From IMG/VR virus record IMGVR_UViG_3300008108_000206, positions 1 through 59,526 of that record: a stretch of DNA of 59,526 nt. One strand, given 5' to 3'. This document shows, piece by piece, positions 47,801 through 57,096 of the stretch. The stretch is from a virus (Duplodnaviria > Caudoviricetes). The notes beneath the pieces were generated by a model. It made no database searches. It was not told where the DNA came from and saw nothing but the letters and a program-made list of their open reading frames with translations. Each line of letters opens with the position of its first letter. The first letter of the stretch is position 1. A program made the position numbers and the translations under genes.

Positions 47801-50800
47801 CATCAACCCCTATTTGTGCGAATGTAGCGTCAGCAATAACAACTTCATTTAGTTTACTTGATGACATATTAAATGGAGTAATTGCTGCTGGAGTAACAAC
47901 AAAAAGTTATGGAACTTTGTATGATCCAACTATTACATATCCAAATAACATAATTTATGATGCTGATAATAAAAAAGTAACCCCACGATTGGAATGGGAT
48001 GATCTTCCATATATCGAAGCATCGCCATACACACAAAACTCTTCAATTATTTCTTTCTTAGGTGGCGGTGGTGCTCTTATTGATGGAAGTAAAGTTGCAC
48101 AGCCAAACTGCCCATTCCCTGGATTAGAACCAGATGGTTCCGCAACTTATCCAAATCAGGGTAAGTCGATGGTTGCTTCGGCATTTACCATTGTATCTTT
48201 TGGTGGTACTGGTTATAAAGTTATCAATGATGGTTACACCCAGTTAGTTTCTGTTTTTGTTATTTTCTGTGCTGATGGAGTTTATGCAGAATCTGGCGGT
48301 TATGCTTCTATCACAAACTCAGCTACAAACTTTGGTATCTACGCTTTAAGAGCAAGGGGATATAATGATTTTGCGTATTCATTTGATATTGGTACTATTA
48401 CCAATGTATCAACAAACCCAGCTGGAAGAACTATTTTTACAATTGATGGTTTAGGAAGAGAACCACTTGAGCATTACATCGTAAAAATTGATGGATATAA
48501 AAATGTAGACCCAAATATAGAATATTTTATTGATACAGTATCTGGAGTAACCGTTGGTCCTCCTTTCTCTGCACAAATTATTTTAGAATCTGGTTCTGGT
48601 GGAGGTGCAGAATTTATTAATATTGAAACAGATCAGGCTGTTTCAACTTCAATTTCTGAATTTTCTGGCAAAACTATAAGATTACATAGACCATCTATTG
48701 TTAACTCTTCATCCCACACTTGGGAATTTGCAGGTTCTGGTACTAACTATAATGCATTACCAGAAAATGGAGGAGTTAAGATTGAAGCAAATGAACAGGT
48801 TCCTCAAGATTATGGTCGTGTATATGTTTCTGGTACAGATGAACTTGGTGACTTTAAAGTAGGTACATTTGCTAAAATTGAAAACAGAACTGGTGCAATT
48901 ACCTTCACTGGTACTGTCACAATTTCTGAAGTTGAGTTCCTTAAATTAAAAGGTGGAGATGTTGTTGTTACTGGTTTCGATGCTTCCAATACTCTTGGTG
49001 GAGCAAATTCAACTGACTCTAAACTACCAACACAAAAAGCGGTCAAGGATTATATTTCAAATAATCTTGGTCCATATATCAATAAACCATACTCCACTAA
49101 CGCTGTTCCTAGAGCACTTGTAGAACTTACAGATAGTGGCAAAATTTCTATTGATCAAATTCCTGCACTTAGACCATTTAATGTATATACAGTAGCAAAT
49201 CAATCAGAAAGGTTATCTATTGAAGGTGCTCTTGCGGGAGATATTGCTATTCAACAAGATACAAATATTTCATATATTTTAAACAATGATTTGTCAAGTT
49301 TATTTGTAACATTTGCAATAAACACAGATTTAGAATTTACATTAAATAATATATTTACTGGTTCTTTGTCTGGTGGTCAAATCCAGGCAACAGAATACAG
49401 AGAAGGTGTAGTATATAGAATTAATATTACAAATCCAGGTTCTGGATACACAGTTGCCCCAACTATTACAATTTCTGGAGGAAATCCAGATGTAGGATAT
49501 GTTCAGGCAACAGCAACCTGTACAATTGCTAATGGTCAGGTTGTAACCATAGAATTAACTGAATTTAATGGCTATATAGGTGGTAAAGGTTACACAACCC
49601 AGCCAACAGTAACATTCAGTGCTCCTGGGGGAGCTGGAATTACAGCTACAGGTTCTGCTTTAATTGAAAGTAGATTGTATGGTGATATTGTAAATAATAT
49701 TAAACTTACAGATACTGATACAATTCAATCCAGTAATTCCCCAGCAGAAACTATTAATATTAATAGAGTAGTAAATACTTCTTCTAGCGATGCTAATAAT
49801 TGGGTATCTCTTTCTACTAATCAAATTTCTGCATCTGATATTACATCTGGTGTTATTGATACAACTAGATTAGCGTTAAACTCAGCTGCTGCTAACTCAT
49901 TTACTTTCTTGAGGGGAGATAAATCATATGCTCCTGTTGTACAATCTGTAAAAGGTGCAGAAACAAGATATTTTGCAATCACAACACAACAATCTAACAC
50001 TGGTTCAAGTCAATTAGTATTTGCAACTAATTCAAATACATTAAAAGGTCATGATGTTGTTAGTAGTGTTAATGGTATTGCAGCAAACACAACAATTGCA
50101 AATGTCCTAACAATTAGTGGAACTACAACAGTAACATTAAATAATCCATTAACAGATATAATTACTGCAGGAACAGTAATTGAATTTAGAAGAGGTGCAT
50201 CTCCATTAGTATTTGAATCATCATATACACAGGGCAATTTTGTTGATAGTATTGTTATTGTTAATGGTGGCAGTGGATTTATCAGTGGACAATATTTTGA
50301 TATCCCATTGACTGGAGGATCTGGAACTGGATTAAAAGCTAATATAATTGTAACTGGTGGAGCAGTTAGTGAAATTTTAGTTACTAGCAGTGGAGTAAAT
50401 TATACTGGAGATTTTAATATTACTTCTGCTCCAACAGAAATTGGAACTGGATCTGGATTAGTATTAGCAGCAAAAATTTCTACTGTAAATAAACAGTATG
50501 CCAATACATCAATTGATATTAGCAGAGTTAGTGACCAAACAATTTCAGCAGATCCATACGGAACTGTTGGCGTATGTAGATTCCAAAAATCACAATTTAC
50601 TTTGGGTGCTGCTGGAAATGGTTCTGTTACGTTAAAGACAGGTCCAGATAGTGGATTAGATGCTGATTTATTAGATGGAGCACAAGGTTCATATTATCTA
50701 AATGCATCAAATTTAAATGCTGGAACAGTATCTGTAGATAGATTATCTGGTACATATAATATTAGTATCTCGGGTCAATCAGGTAATACTCTTCGTTTAA

Positions 50801-52854
50801 TTACATCAGTTAATAACCCAACATCTTCACCAACTCCTAATAATTTCTCGGCTGGTATTATCGCAGATACAAGAAATAATACAGCAGATGGTTTAAGTGA
50901 TGGTGGCTCAAGACATTTAGTACTAACAGCAAGAAACTTTGGTTCTGGTTTTGATGCTACTGGTGGTGGCGTAAGACAACTTGCATTCACTGATAATAAT
51001 AATATGTGGTTGCGTGGTTCTGGTTCCACATTAGATGAATTTGGAACATGGGCAAAAGTTTGGACTTCATTAAATGATGGTGATGGTAGTGGATTAGATG
51101 CAGATAGATTAGCAGGAAGAAGAGGAATTTGGTATCAAAATGCTTTCAATATTAATTATGGTACGCTAAGTGATAATAGATTACCATCCTACCAAACTGC
51201 AAAAACATTAAATAATTCATTAAAAATTAATACTACCACTAATAATCCAAGATATAAAATTTATATTTCAGGTTTATTATTAACTGCATCACCATTCCTT
51301 GCTGGATTGCCAGTAAACTTATATAATTCAAATTCGCAAGGTGTTGGAACAATTCTAATTACTAATGTAGAAACATTTAATGATACTAATGATGATGCAA
51401 ATGATTATACAATCATAACTGGTTCACTACAGACAGGTACATTTACTGGTGCTCTTACCATTGGTACTGCATCCGATAGAGTTGAATTTAAAGACTATAG
51501 TTTAGATATTTCTGGATCATTTGAAACTGCTGAATTGTTTAGTGATACTGGAACTGCTAAGTTAAGACTTGGTAGAAAAGATGGTAACGCATCAAGTCCT
51601 GGTATTTTCTTTAATAGTAGTTCTTCTGCTGCTACATTTAATGCATCGATTGTTGCTTCTGGTGGCACTTCAACAGAAGGTAGTGGAACTTTAAATATTA
51701 CAGTTGCTTCTGTAGATGGAGTAACTATTAATAATAATAAAATTTGGAATGCTGGTAACGTAACGTTTGCTACAAATAATGTTGTTAACACAGCAGTTCT
51801 TCGTGATGCTTCTGGTAACTTTGCTGCTGGTACAATTACTGCTAGTGTGACTGGTGCTGCTTCTCTAAACGTATTAAAAGCAGGCGATAGCATGTCTGGT
51901 GCTTTGAGTATTAATACTACTGGATCTACAGCAGATAGTAATTATGAATTACAATTATCTGGTTCTGCTGGTGGATGGGTTCAATTCCACAACAGATTAA
52001 GTGGAGGAGCATGGAATCCATTAGTATCAACAGATGATAAAGCAATTATATTTACCAATTCAACTGGAACAGAACCAGCAACTGCTAGTGGTAGATTTAT
52101 TATTGCTCCTTGGTCGAGCACAAGTGGTGGTTTGGTTGTTTGGAATAATGGTAATGTCGGCATCAAGAGAAATAATCCTTTAACGCCTCTTGATGTTGGT
52201 CCTTCAGCAGCTCCATTCCAATCTGTAGCAAGATTTGGAACTAATGGCAATGATATTATTTTAACTCATGCTTCCGCTATCATTTCTCACAACGCTTATT
52301 ATAATAATGGATGGATTACCACTGGAGCTGGTGGTGCTTGTTTAGTAGAGTTACAGGGAGGCAAATTCTTCTTCCAGACAACAAACACAACAGCATTAGC
52401 AGCAGGTGCTGCACCAGGATTTAATAAATATCCACTTTCACTTCATAATTCTGGTAGAGTTACTGTTAATACTCAAACTGAAAATACTTCATATGATTTA
52501 TATGTAAATGGTAGCTTTGGTGCTATTTCTAAGTCGTTCGTTATTCCTCACCCAACTAAACAAAATTATGAATTACGTTATGGTTCGTTGGAGGGACCAG
52601 AGCACGGCGTATATGTTCGTGGTAAGTCATCTGGCGTTATTGAGTTACCTGATTACTGGGTTGCTCTCGTTAATGAAAACACCATCACCGTTCAACTCAC
52701 CCCAATCGGCAATCACATGTCATGGGTTGAGAAGATTGAAGATAACAAAATCTTCATTGGTGGTGGTGAGGCATTCTATTTCGTCCAGGCAGAGCGTAAA
52801 GATATTGATAAATTAGAAGTTGAACTTGAGTTGCCTATTGAGGAGGAAGAGTGA
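44845..52854 (+). CDS. 2669-aa tail fibre-like protein (beta-helix, phycobiliprotein-like repeats, GLDAD repeats, C-terminal HP..LRYGSLEGPE domain)
   Basis: ACTAAATA late promoter at 44805; VYVSQAIGNDENDGRS..APVRTI; KIATTEYV; GLDADLLDG and GLDADRLAG; SKSFVIPHPTK...YGSLEGPEHGVYVRG. Confidence 0.8.
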   Translation: MSLEFNADKQIIKGSNPSIVGSNEFTVRSGTGANEKEIIRAILDSSTNLPRVGINRTGRRVESISVNENQGGTDYTINPSVILSPPDLANGVQALASAVVSNGSVVAIIVDNPGDGYTSAPTVSITGGGGSGAAATAVLDTVDFELDINGAIRTSTSIISDTARILNLDIDNFVTPDANFRAPNLKTWANNSGIPWAPGVSLQKDDYRYFGQNLYQVIESGITGTTGPNHLDGLKLNGTALLKHIGYRVSDANAPYYNETGNSGVFPRSITPLLGDKSDKIATTEYVLNLATNDVGGRVYVSQAIGNDENDGRSAAAPVRTIKRACQIASQSKGVKETVVISGGDYVEDNPISIPADCSIVGDNLRLVIVRPANPKKHIFKFGDKNYVTGVTFRDQIDSNGDPVATWDYAMVFDDKQRIYYDPTTGGDFGRDFTIGHQIFGPEKIRVSFQTNTGLDQLVSGLTVTGVNTGAVGIITNVTFNATTGPQAYINGTVDVDIQSGSFNNGETFSYQIGTAPNIDTYEFVSIQINSIRAEGEVVDVGTDLITALPITRIDFSKQGTAEVTEGGFGYNGSPEDLGGIILYTNILLGRQNIHDFKEGQEIEISGMPTSAPNLSFLNGKTRIYKILIDADGRSRRFVIPKKVDLTDENYIPPSIANVKSYSNYITLSLLNSPNKFPIASSISRRFQDACNLIRNNINFIVDETYLQVLSEFSNFTPPNVSKCRRDIGHFLNAIIRDLEYGSNYNIVEAAKYYVENTTQIGYVDGEITETVRAFDIARRLAIIAMRNWRTGNGTISDPIYTAAYSSLPKFFDNTVITTTAGSPACADVASAIDTLGYLFTTIITNNTTDRFLDASYLIARNDDFIASEALGYAKATYPSLGLSVNDETKCKRDIKYILNALRRDLSLGGNAGIVTAAEAYFTGTELTGIPTSELSATRFAFQKAKDLAILAMRNWKTGDGTGPVYTRLYETSIALFTDNTIAVDPSTPICANVASAITTSFSLLDDILNGVIAAGVTTKSYGTLYDPTITYPNNIIYDADNKKVTPRLEWDDLPYIEASPYTQNSSIISFLGGGGALIDGSKVAQPNCPFPGLEPDGSATYPNQGKSMVASAFTIVSFGGTGYKVINDGYTQLVSVFVIFCADGVYAESGGYASITNSATNFGIYALRARGYNDFAYSFDIGTITNVSTNPAGRTIFTIDGLGREPLEHYIVKIDGYKNVDPNIEYFIDTVSGVTVGPPFSAQIILESGSGGGAEFINIETDQAVSTSISEFSGKTIRLHRPSIVNSSSHTWEFAGSGTNYNALPENGGVKIEANEQVPQDYGRVYVSGTDELGDFKVGTFAKIENRTGAITFTGTVTISEVEFLKLKGGDVVVTGFDASNTLGGANSTDSKLPTQKAVKDYISNNLGPYINKPYSTNAVPRALVELTDSGKISIDQIPALRPFNVYTVANQSERLSIEGALAGDIAIQQDTNISYILNNDLSSLFVTFAINTDLEFTLNNIFTGSLSGGQIQATEYREGVVYRINITNPGSGYTVAPTITISGGNPDVGYVQATATCTIANGQVVTIELTEFNGYIGGKGYTTQPTVTFSAPGGAGITATGSALIESRLYGDIVNNIKLTDTDTIQSSNSPAETININRVVNTSSSDANNWVSLSTNQISASDITSGVIDTTRLALNSAAANSFTFLRGDKSYAPVVQSVKGAETRYFAITTQQSNTGSSQLVFATNSNTLKGHDVVSSVNGIAANTTIANVLTISGTTTVTLNNPLTDIITAGTVIEFRRGASPLVFESSYTQGNFVDSIVIVNGGSGFISGQYFDIPLTGGSGTGLKANIIVTGGAVSEILVTSSGVNYTGDFNITSAPTEIGTGSGLVLAAKISTVNKQYANTSIDISRVSDQTISADPYGTVGVCRFQKSQFTLGAAGNGSVTLKTGPDSGLDADLLDGAQGSYYLNASNLNAGTVSVDRLSGTYNISISGQSGNTLRLITSVNNPTSSPTPNNFSAGIIADTRNNTADGLSDGGSRHLVLTARNFGSGFDATGGGVRQLAFTDNNNMWLRGSGSTLDEFGTWAKVWTSLNDGDGSGLDADRLAGRRGIWYQNAFNINYGTLSDNRLPSYQTAKTLNNSLKINTTTNNPRYKIYISGLLLTASPFLAGLPVNLYNSNSQGVGTILITNVETFNDTNDDANDYTIITGSLQTGTFTGALTIGTASDRVEFKDYSLDISGSFETAELFSDTGTAKLRLGRKDGNASSPGIFFNSSSSAATFNASIVASGGTSTEGSGTLNITVASVDGVTINNNKIWNAGNVTFATNNVVNTAVLRDASGNFAAGTITASVTGAASLNVLKAGDSMSGALSINTTGSTADSNYELQLSGSAGGWVQFHNRLSGGAWNPLVSTDDKAIIFTNSTGTEPATASGRFIIAPWSSTSGGLVVWNNGNVGIKRNNPLTPLDVGPSAAPFQSVARFGTNGNDIILTHASAIISHNAYYNNGWITTGAGGACLVELQGGKFFFQTTNTTALAAGAAPGFNKYPLSLHNSGRVTVNTQTENTSYDLYVNGSFGAISKSFVIPHPTKQNYELRYGSLEGPEHGVYVRGKSSGVIELPDYWVALVNENTITVQLTPIGNHMSWVEKIEDNKIFIGGGEAFYFVQAERKDIDKLEVELELPIEEEE

Positions 52855-53450
52855 TGTCAGTAAAATATGGTCCAGGGGGATATGTTATACGAGCGGCAGA
52901 TGTAAATTCTGTATATACTACTGGTATTACAACAACAATTAATGGTGATGTTAGTGGTAATTATGTTTATCAAGGAACTATAAATCTTGGTGGTTGTGGA
53001 AATCCAAATAGTGCCGTTTTTATTGAATTAAAAGATAATATTTCTTGGTCAAAAATGACGTGTTATTTTGAAATGAATGGAACTGCTGCTTGTTGGGGAT
53101 TTAATGGTGGAGGGAATGCAACTACAAATCCAACATCAAGTTTTCTAGAAGTTTCTCCCCCAACTGCAGGTTTAGTTCCTGGAGGAAATATGGAACGATA
53201 TGATGAAGCATTAGGTGATAGAATTTTTTGGGATTCTAATGCTTTTACGTATAGTCAAACTTTGACACGAAAAGGTAGTGCTTGTGATAATGATGCTGAT
53301 AATTTTTTTAGATTTTCTACCCCATCAAAATCTTTTTGGATGACTTGTAGAAGAAAAGATAAATCAAATGGTTTAGCTGGACCATTTCATTGTAGATCAT
53401 GCAATTCTACTGGAACTTATATATTAATTAAAAACATAATTATATGGTAA
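52851..53450 (+). CDS. Cys-containing fibre-associated hypothetical protein
   Basis: GAGGAGG SD; overlaps the fibre stop; several Cys. Confidence 0.7.
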   Translation: MMSVKYGPGGYVIRAADVNSVYTTGITTTINGDVSGNYVYQGTINLGGCGNPNSAVFIELKDNISWSKMTCYFEMNGTAACWGFNGGGNATTNPTSSFLEVSPPTAGLVPGGNMERYDEALGDRIFWDSNAFTYSQTLTRKGSACDNDADNFFRFSTPSKSFWMTCRRKDKSNGLAGPFHCRSCNSTGTYILIKNIIIW

Positions 53451-53454
53451 TCAA

Positions 53455-54225
53455 ATGGCACTAGGACATTCACCATCAATTGTAATTGATAGTAGCTTAT
53501 ATAGCTGGTTTGATTTTACTAATACAAATTCATATGTAGCTCAAACAAATCAAGCAACAATTTATAGTTTATTAAATAATGGATATAATTGGAGTACTGC
53601 TAATTTTTCTGGAACAGTAAATACCACAACATATGGAACAATAGCAAAAGGATTACTATTTGATGGTAATGCCCAAATGCTTACCCAAAACGGTGGCAAT
53701 AGTTATTACTATGGATGGGATCCAACTGGAACATATGGAACTCCAACATTCACTAATGAGATGTGGGTATATCCATATGAAAGTAGTGGAATGCTTTATA
53801 CTAGACCTTGGAATGGATCTGGTAGATATAATGTTTGGGTATTTCCAACTGGATTATACATAGGATCTGGAGGAACTTCTGGATCATACCCAGCATCACA
53901 ACTTAATTTTGCTATTGATACTTCTACATTAGGAAAACCAGTTCATATTGTTTGCTGGGCAAATCAAACTCAAATGGGATATTATATCAACGGCGGTCAA
54001 TATTCTAGTTCACAAAACCACGGTATAACTGGGGGTGGAGATTTTTATGGTAATGGTATTGGTGCTGGTTATATGACCTTATATCCATATGGTCAAGGAT
54101 GGGGTGGTAATACTGGATTTAGTATTAATGGTGTTTTATATCAAGCAAGAGTTTATAATAGAGTATTAACAGCAAGTGAAGTTCAAAGAAATTTTAACGC
54201 ACACTCAGGGAGGTATGGATACTAA
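53455..54225 (+). CDS. LamG/concanavalin A-like domain protein
   Basis: LLFDG, TFTNEMWVYP, HIVC...YING...RVYNRVLTASEVQRNFNA. Confidence 0.8.
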   Translation: MALGHSPSIVIDSSLYSWFDFTNTNSYVAQTNQATIYSLLNNGYNWSTANFSGTVNTTTYGTIAKGLLFDGNAQMLTQNGGNSYYYGWDPTGTYGTPTFTNEMWVYPYESSGMLYTRPWNGSGRYNVWVFPTGLYIGSGGTSGSYPASQLNFAIDTSTLGKPVHIVCWANQTQMGYYINGGQYSSSQNHGITGGGDFYGNGIGAGYMTLYPYGQGWGGNTGFSINGVLYQARVYNRVLTASEVQRNFNAHSGRYGY

Positions 54226-54902
54226 TGGCTGTATACGGAGGACCATCATTACCATCTGAAATAATAACTTGTATAGATGTAAGTAATCAAAAAGGTTACT
54301 CTGGTGCAACTGTTTTTAATTTAGGTAATCAATTATTAAATTTTTCGGGAAATTCTGCTTACGTAAATTCCACTAGAATAGCATCAGGATCTTCTTTTGT
54401 CACAGGTTCAACTTCGTTATTAGATATTGATATTCATTCTATATTTTTTAAAATAAGATTTAATTCGACTGTAACATATCCATCAGCAACTAGTGGTAGT
54501 TGGGAAAAGATATTTTCATTTAATGCACCAGGATCGGATAGATCTCCAGGTATTTGGAGATTTCCATCTGAGAGAATATTACATTGGAGATATGATCCAG
54601 GAAACAGTGGTTGTGATTTTGGAAAATCATCAGCTGGAAATAGCACTCCATTCGATTTAGATACTTGGTATTTCGTTGGAGTTACTAAAAATGGAGCATC
54701 TACAGCAATGTATGTAAATGGTGTTCAAGTTGGAACTGGAACTGTTTCTAGTCCAAAAACAGCTGGATCTGCTTCTATTCAAATATTTGAATATTATGGT
54801 GCTTCAGCAGATTTCAATAATTTATATATTTTTAATAAAGCATTATCTTCAACTGAAGTAGCTGAATTTTTTAGAATTATTAGAATACAACTTGGTATAT
54901 AA
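54225..54902 (+). CDS. LamG/concanavalin A-like domain protein
   Basis: DTWYFVGVTKNG...MYVNG...LYIFNKALSSTEV. Confidence 0.8.
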   Translation: MAVYGGPSLPSEIITCIDVSNQKGYSGATVFNLGNQLLNFSGNSAYVNSTRIASGSSFVTGSTSLLDIDIHSIFFKIRFNSTVTYPSATSGSWEKIFSFNAPGSDRSPGIWRFPSERILHWRYDPGNSGCDFGKSSAGNSTPFDLDTWYFVGVTKNGASTAMYVNGVQVGTGTVSSPKTAGSASIQIFEYYGASADFNNLYIFNKALSSTEVAEFFRIIRIQLGI

Positions 54903-54905
54903 ATA
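54898..54905 (+). promoter_or_regulatory. T4-type late promoter
   Basis: Exact TATAAATA, followed by ACTAAATA. Confidence 0.85.
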
Positions 54906-54927
54906 CTAAATAAAAGGCTTGTAAGAA

Positions 54928-57084
54928 ATGGCGAATTCTGATAAGGATATCCTTATAACGCCGAATAAAGGCACAACATCATTACCAGAAGTTAGTTTTA
55001 TTGGTCAATTAAATTCACCAATTAAACTTCGTGTACTCGATGATAACACATTATCTTTTGAAGGTTCTGCTGGTCAGTTATTTTCAATTAACAACAACTT
55101 AACCACAGGAACAATTTTTGCTGCATCTGATGTTTCTGGTGTTCCTTCTATTTCGGTTGAGGCAACTGGTCAAGTTCGCCTTGCTTATTACAATGGTTAC
55201 ACTCAAATTGGCGGAGCATTTTCAACTAATTTAGGAACTCATAAACTTGATGTAGTTGGTAGTATTAGAAGTTCTACAAAATTAGTTACTCAAAATGGAA
55301 TAGCAGCTGATTGGGATGCAACTGAAATTTATTCTGATGGCGTATCATCTAATATTAATGCAAGAGGTGCAGAATTTGGATGGACGCTTCAATTTGATGG
55401 CACTGAAAGAATTAGAGTAGAAACTTCAGGTAAATCAAAGTTTGGTTCTATTAATAGAAATATAACTACAGATTCTAAAATGACCAGTTTAATGGTCAGG
55501 GGTGGTAGTTACTCTGGAACAACTGGAACATCAACTGCTGCTATCAAAATTTTTCCAGCAGATGGCGGACCACTTAGCACTGGAAGAATAGGTAATTTTA
55601 ATGGTGGTATTGCTTGGCAACACTTAGATCCAAATTACAGTGGATGGGGAGAAGCATACTATGGATCACAAACTTGGGTGGGTCAAAGAACCTACGATGT
55701 TCCTGGCCAAGAAAGAGATTACTTTGTAGTTGCAACTAATAGCGGAACTGCAGCTGGATCAGAACCAGATGCAGTTAGATTATCTATTAGTCCATTTGGT
55801 AATGTTTATGTTGGAGATAATTATTATGGAACATCATATAGATTAAGTGTTAGTGGAGATATTAATTTTACTGGTAATTTATATCAAAATGGTTCTATCT
55901 TTAAAACTCTCCCAAACCAAACTGTAGATACAGATGGTGCTGTTTTAAGAACTCGTTGGAATGGATCGCAGTATGAGGCATATTGGACACATGATTTAGA
56001 TTCAAACTATAGATTAGAAAATCCATCACAATGGTCATTCCGTTATATTATTAATAGAGGATATACCGTTGCTGGATATCAAAATGCAAACCCATGGAGA
56101 AACGGCAACAGAACTTCCCATCCATCTGATGTTACCATTTCGCTAGGAGATGTTATTGATTATTCAGCTGCTTATATTGGTGGTTCACACAATGGTGTAA
56201 ATTTATTTGTTTACAACTGTGCTAATTCTTGGTTGCCTGCAGCATCTACAACATGTTCTATGAGCATGATTACAGAAACTAATAGAGGTCTTAATACATC
56301 TTGGAATGACACAAGAGCACGTTCATATTCTGGTGCTTGGATAGATTTTCTTGGTAATCAATGGTATACAAATGGAGGAAGAAACAGGGCATACATTTCT
56401 TCTGGAAATGGCAATACTTCTAGACATGATTTAAATACAGAAGCAATGATTGCAGAAATTGGGGGAGCCATTTCTGTTGTTTCTCATGCAGAAGGAGAAT
56501 ATTATGCATGGGTTTCTCAGGGTAATTATAGATTTGAATTTTCTTCGGAAACTTATGCAGCATGGTCTAATTATGCTCCAGCTCCTGGAAATGATGGATT
56601 CAATAAGCACATGGCAACTCGTATTGGATTCTTCTATGCTTCTGAAGGAGGAAATACTGATAGAAACGTAACGAAGAGAAGAGATAGTGATGCAGTAATA
56701 TTACGAACTGGAATTTCAAAACCAGAAACAGGAGGAGAAGAAAATCTTCATACTGGAATGAATAAAGGTTATTGTGTTTCTAATTATAACTATGCTCAGA
56801 ACAATAATGCTTGGATATATAATTATTATCAGGATGTAATTCGTTTTGCTGATGGTACACTAACTTATCGTAAAGGTATTCCTGGTGCTTCTTCTGGAAC
56901 TGGTCAGGAAGGTGGAGATATGATGGGTGCTGGTACACCACCAAGAACTTATATGACTTATGCAGGTGGACAGCAAACTGCACCTGGAACTGCAACATAT
57001 GGTCAAACAACTGGAGCTTTAGCTCAAGGTGGTGCTGGACTATCAGATGGCACAGGTGTTACTGGTGGCATTGGAACATACTAA
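54928..57084 (+). CDS. fibre-like virion protein with C-terminal repeat (possible beta-propeller) domain
   Basis: MANSDKDILITPN...LSFEGSAGQLFSI; LSVSGDINFTGNLYQNG; RGYTVAGY and KGYCVSNY repeats. Confidence 0.7.
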   Translation: MANSDKDILITPNKGTTSLPEVSFIGQLNSPIKLRVLDDNTLSFEGSAGQLFSINNNLTTGTIFAASDVSGVPSISVEATGQVRLAYYNGYTQIGGAFSTNLGTHKLDVVGSIRSSTKLVTQNGIAADWDATEIYSDGVSSNINARGAEFGWTLQFDGTERIRVETSGKSKFGSINRNITTDSKMTSLMVRGGSYSGTTGTSTAAIKIFPADGGPLSTGRIGNFNGGIAWQHLDPNYSGWGEAYYGSQTWVGQRTYDVPGQERDYFVVATNSGTAAGSEPDAVRLSISPFGNVYVGDNYYGTSYRLSVSGDINFTGNLYQNGSIFKTLPNQTVDTDGAVLRTRWNGSQYEAYWTHDLDSNYRLENPSQWSFRYIINRGYTVAGYQNANPWRNGNRTSHPSDVTISLGDVIDYSAAYIGGSHNGVNLFVYNCANSWLPAASTTCSMSMITETNRGLNTSWNDTRARSYSGAWIDFLGNQWYTNGGRNRAYISSGNGNTSRHDLNTEAMIAEIGGAISVVSHAEGEYYAWVSQGNYRFEFSSETYAAWSNYAPAPGNDGFNKHMATRIGFFYASEGGNTDRNVTKRRDSDAVILRTGISKPETGGEENLHTGMNKGYCVSNYNYAQNNNAWIYNYYQDVIRFADGTLTYRKGIPGASSGTGQEGGDMMGAGTPPRTYMTYAGGQQTAPGTATYGQTTGALAQGGAGLSDGTGVTGGIGTY

Positions 57085-57096
57085 TAGGAACTAAAA

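Noticed and set aside
44845-57084. Diversity-generating retroelement or invertible fibre switch
   Set aside because: By eye I found no template/variable repeat pair, reverse transcriptase, invertase or inverted fibre fragments.
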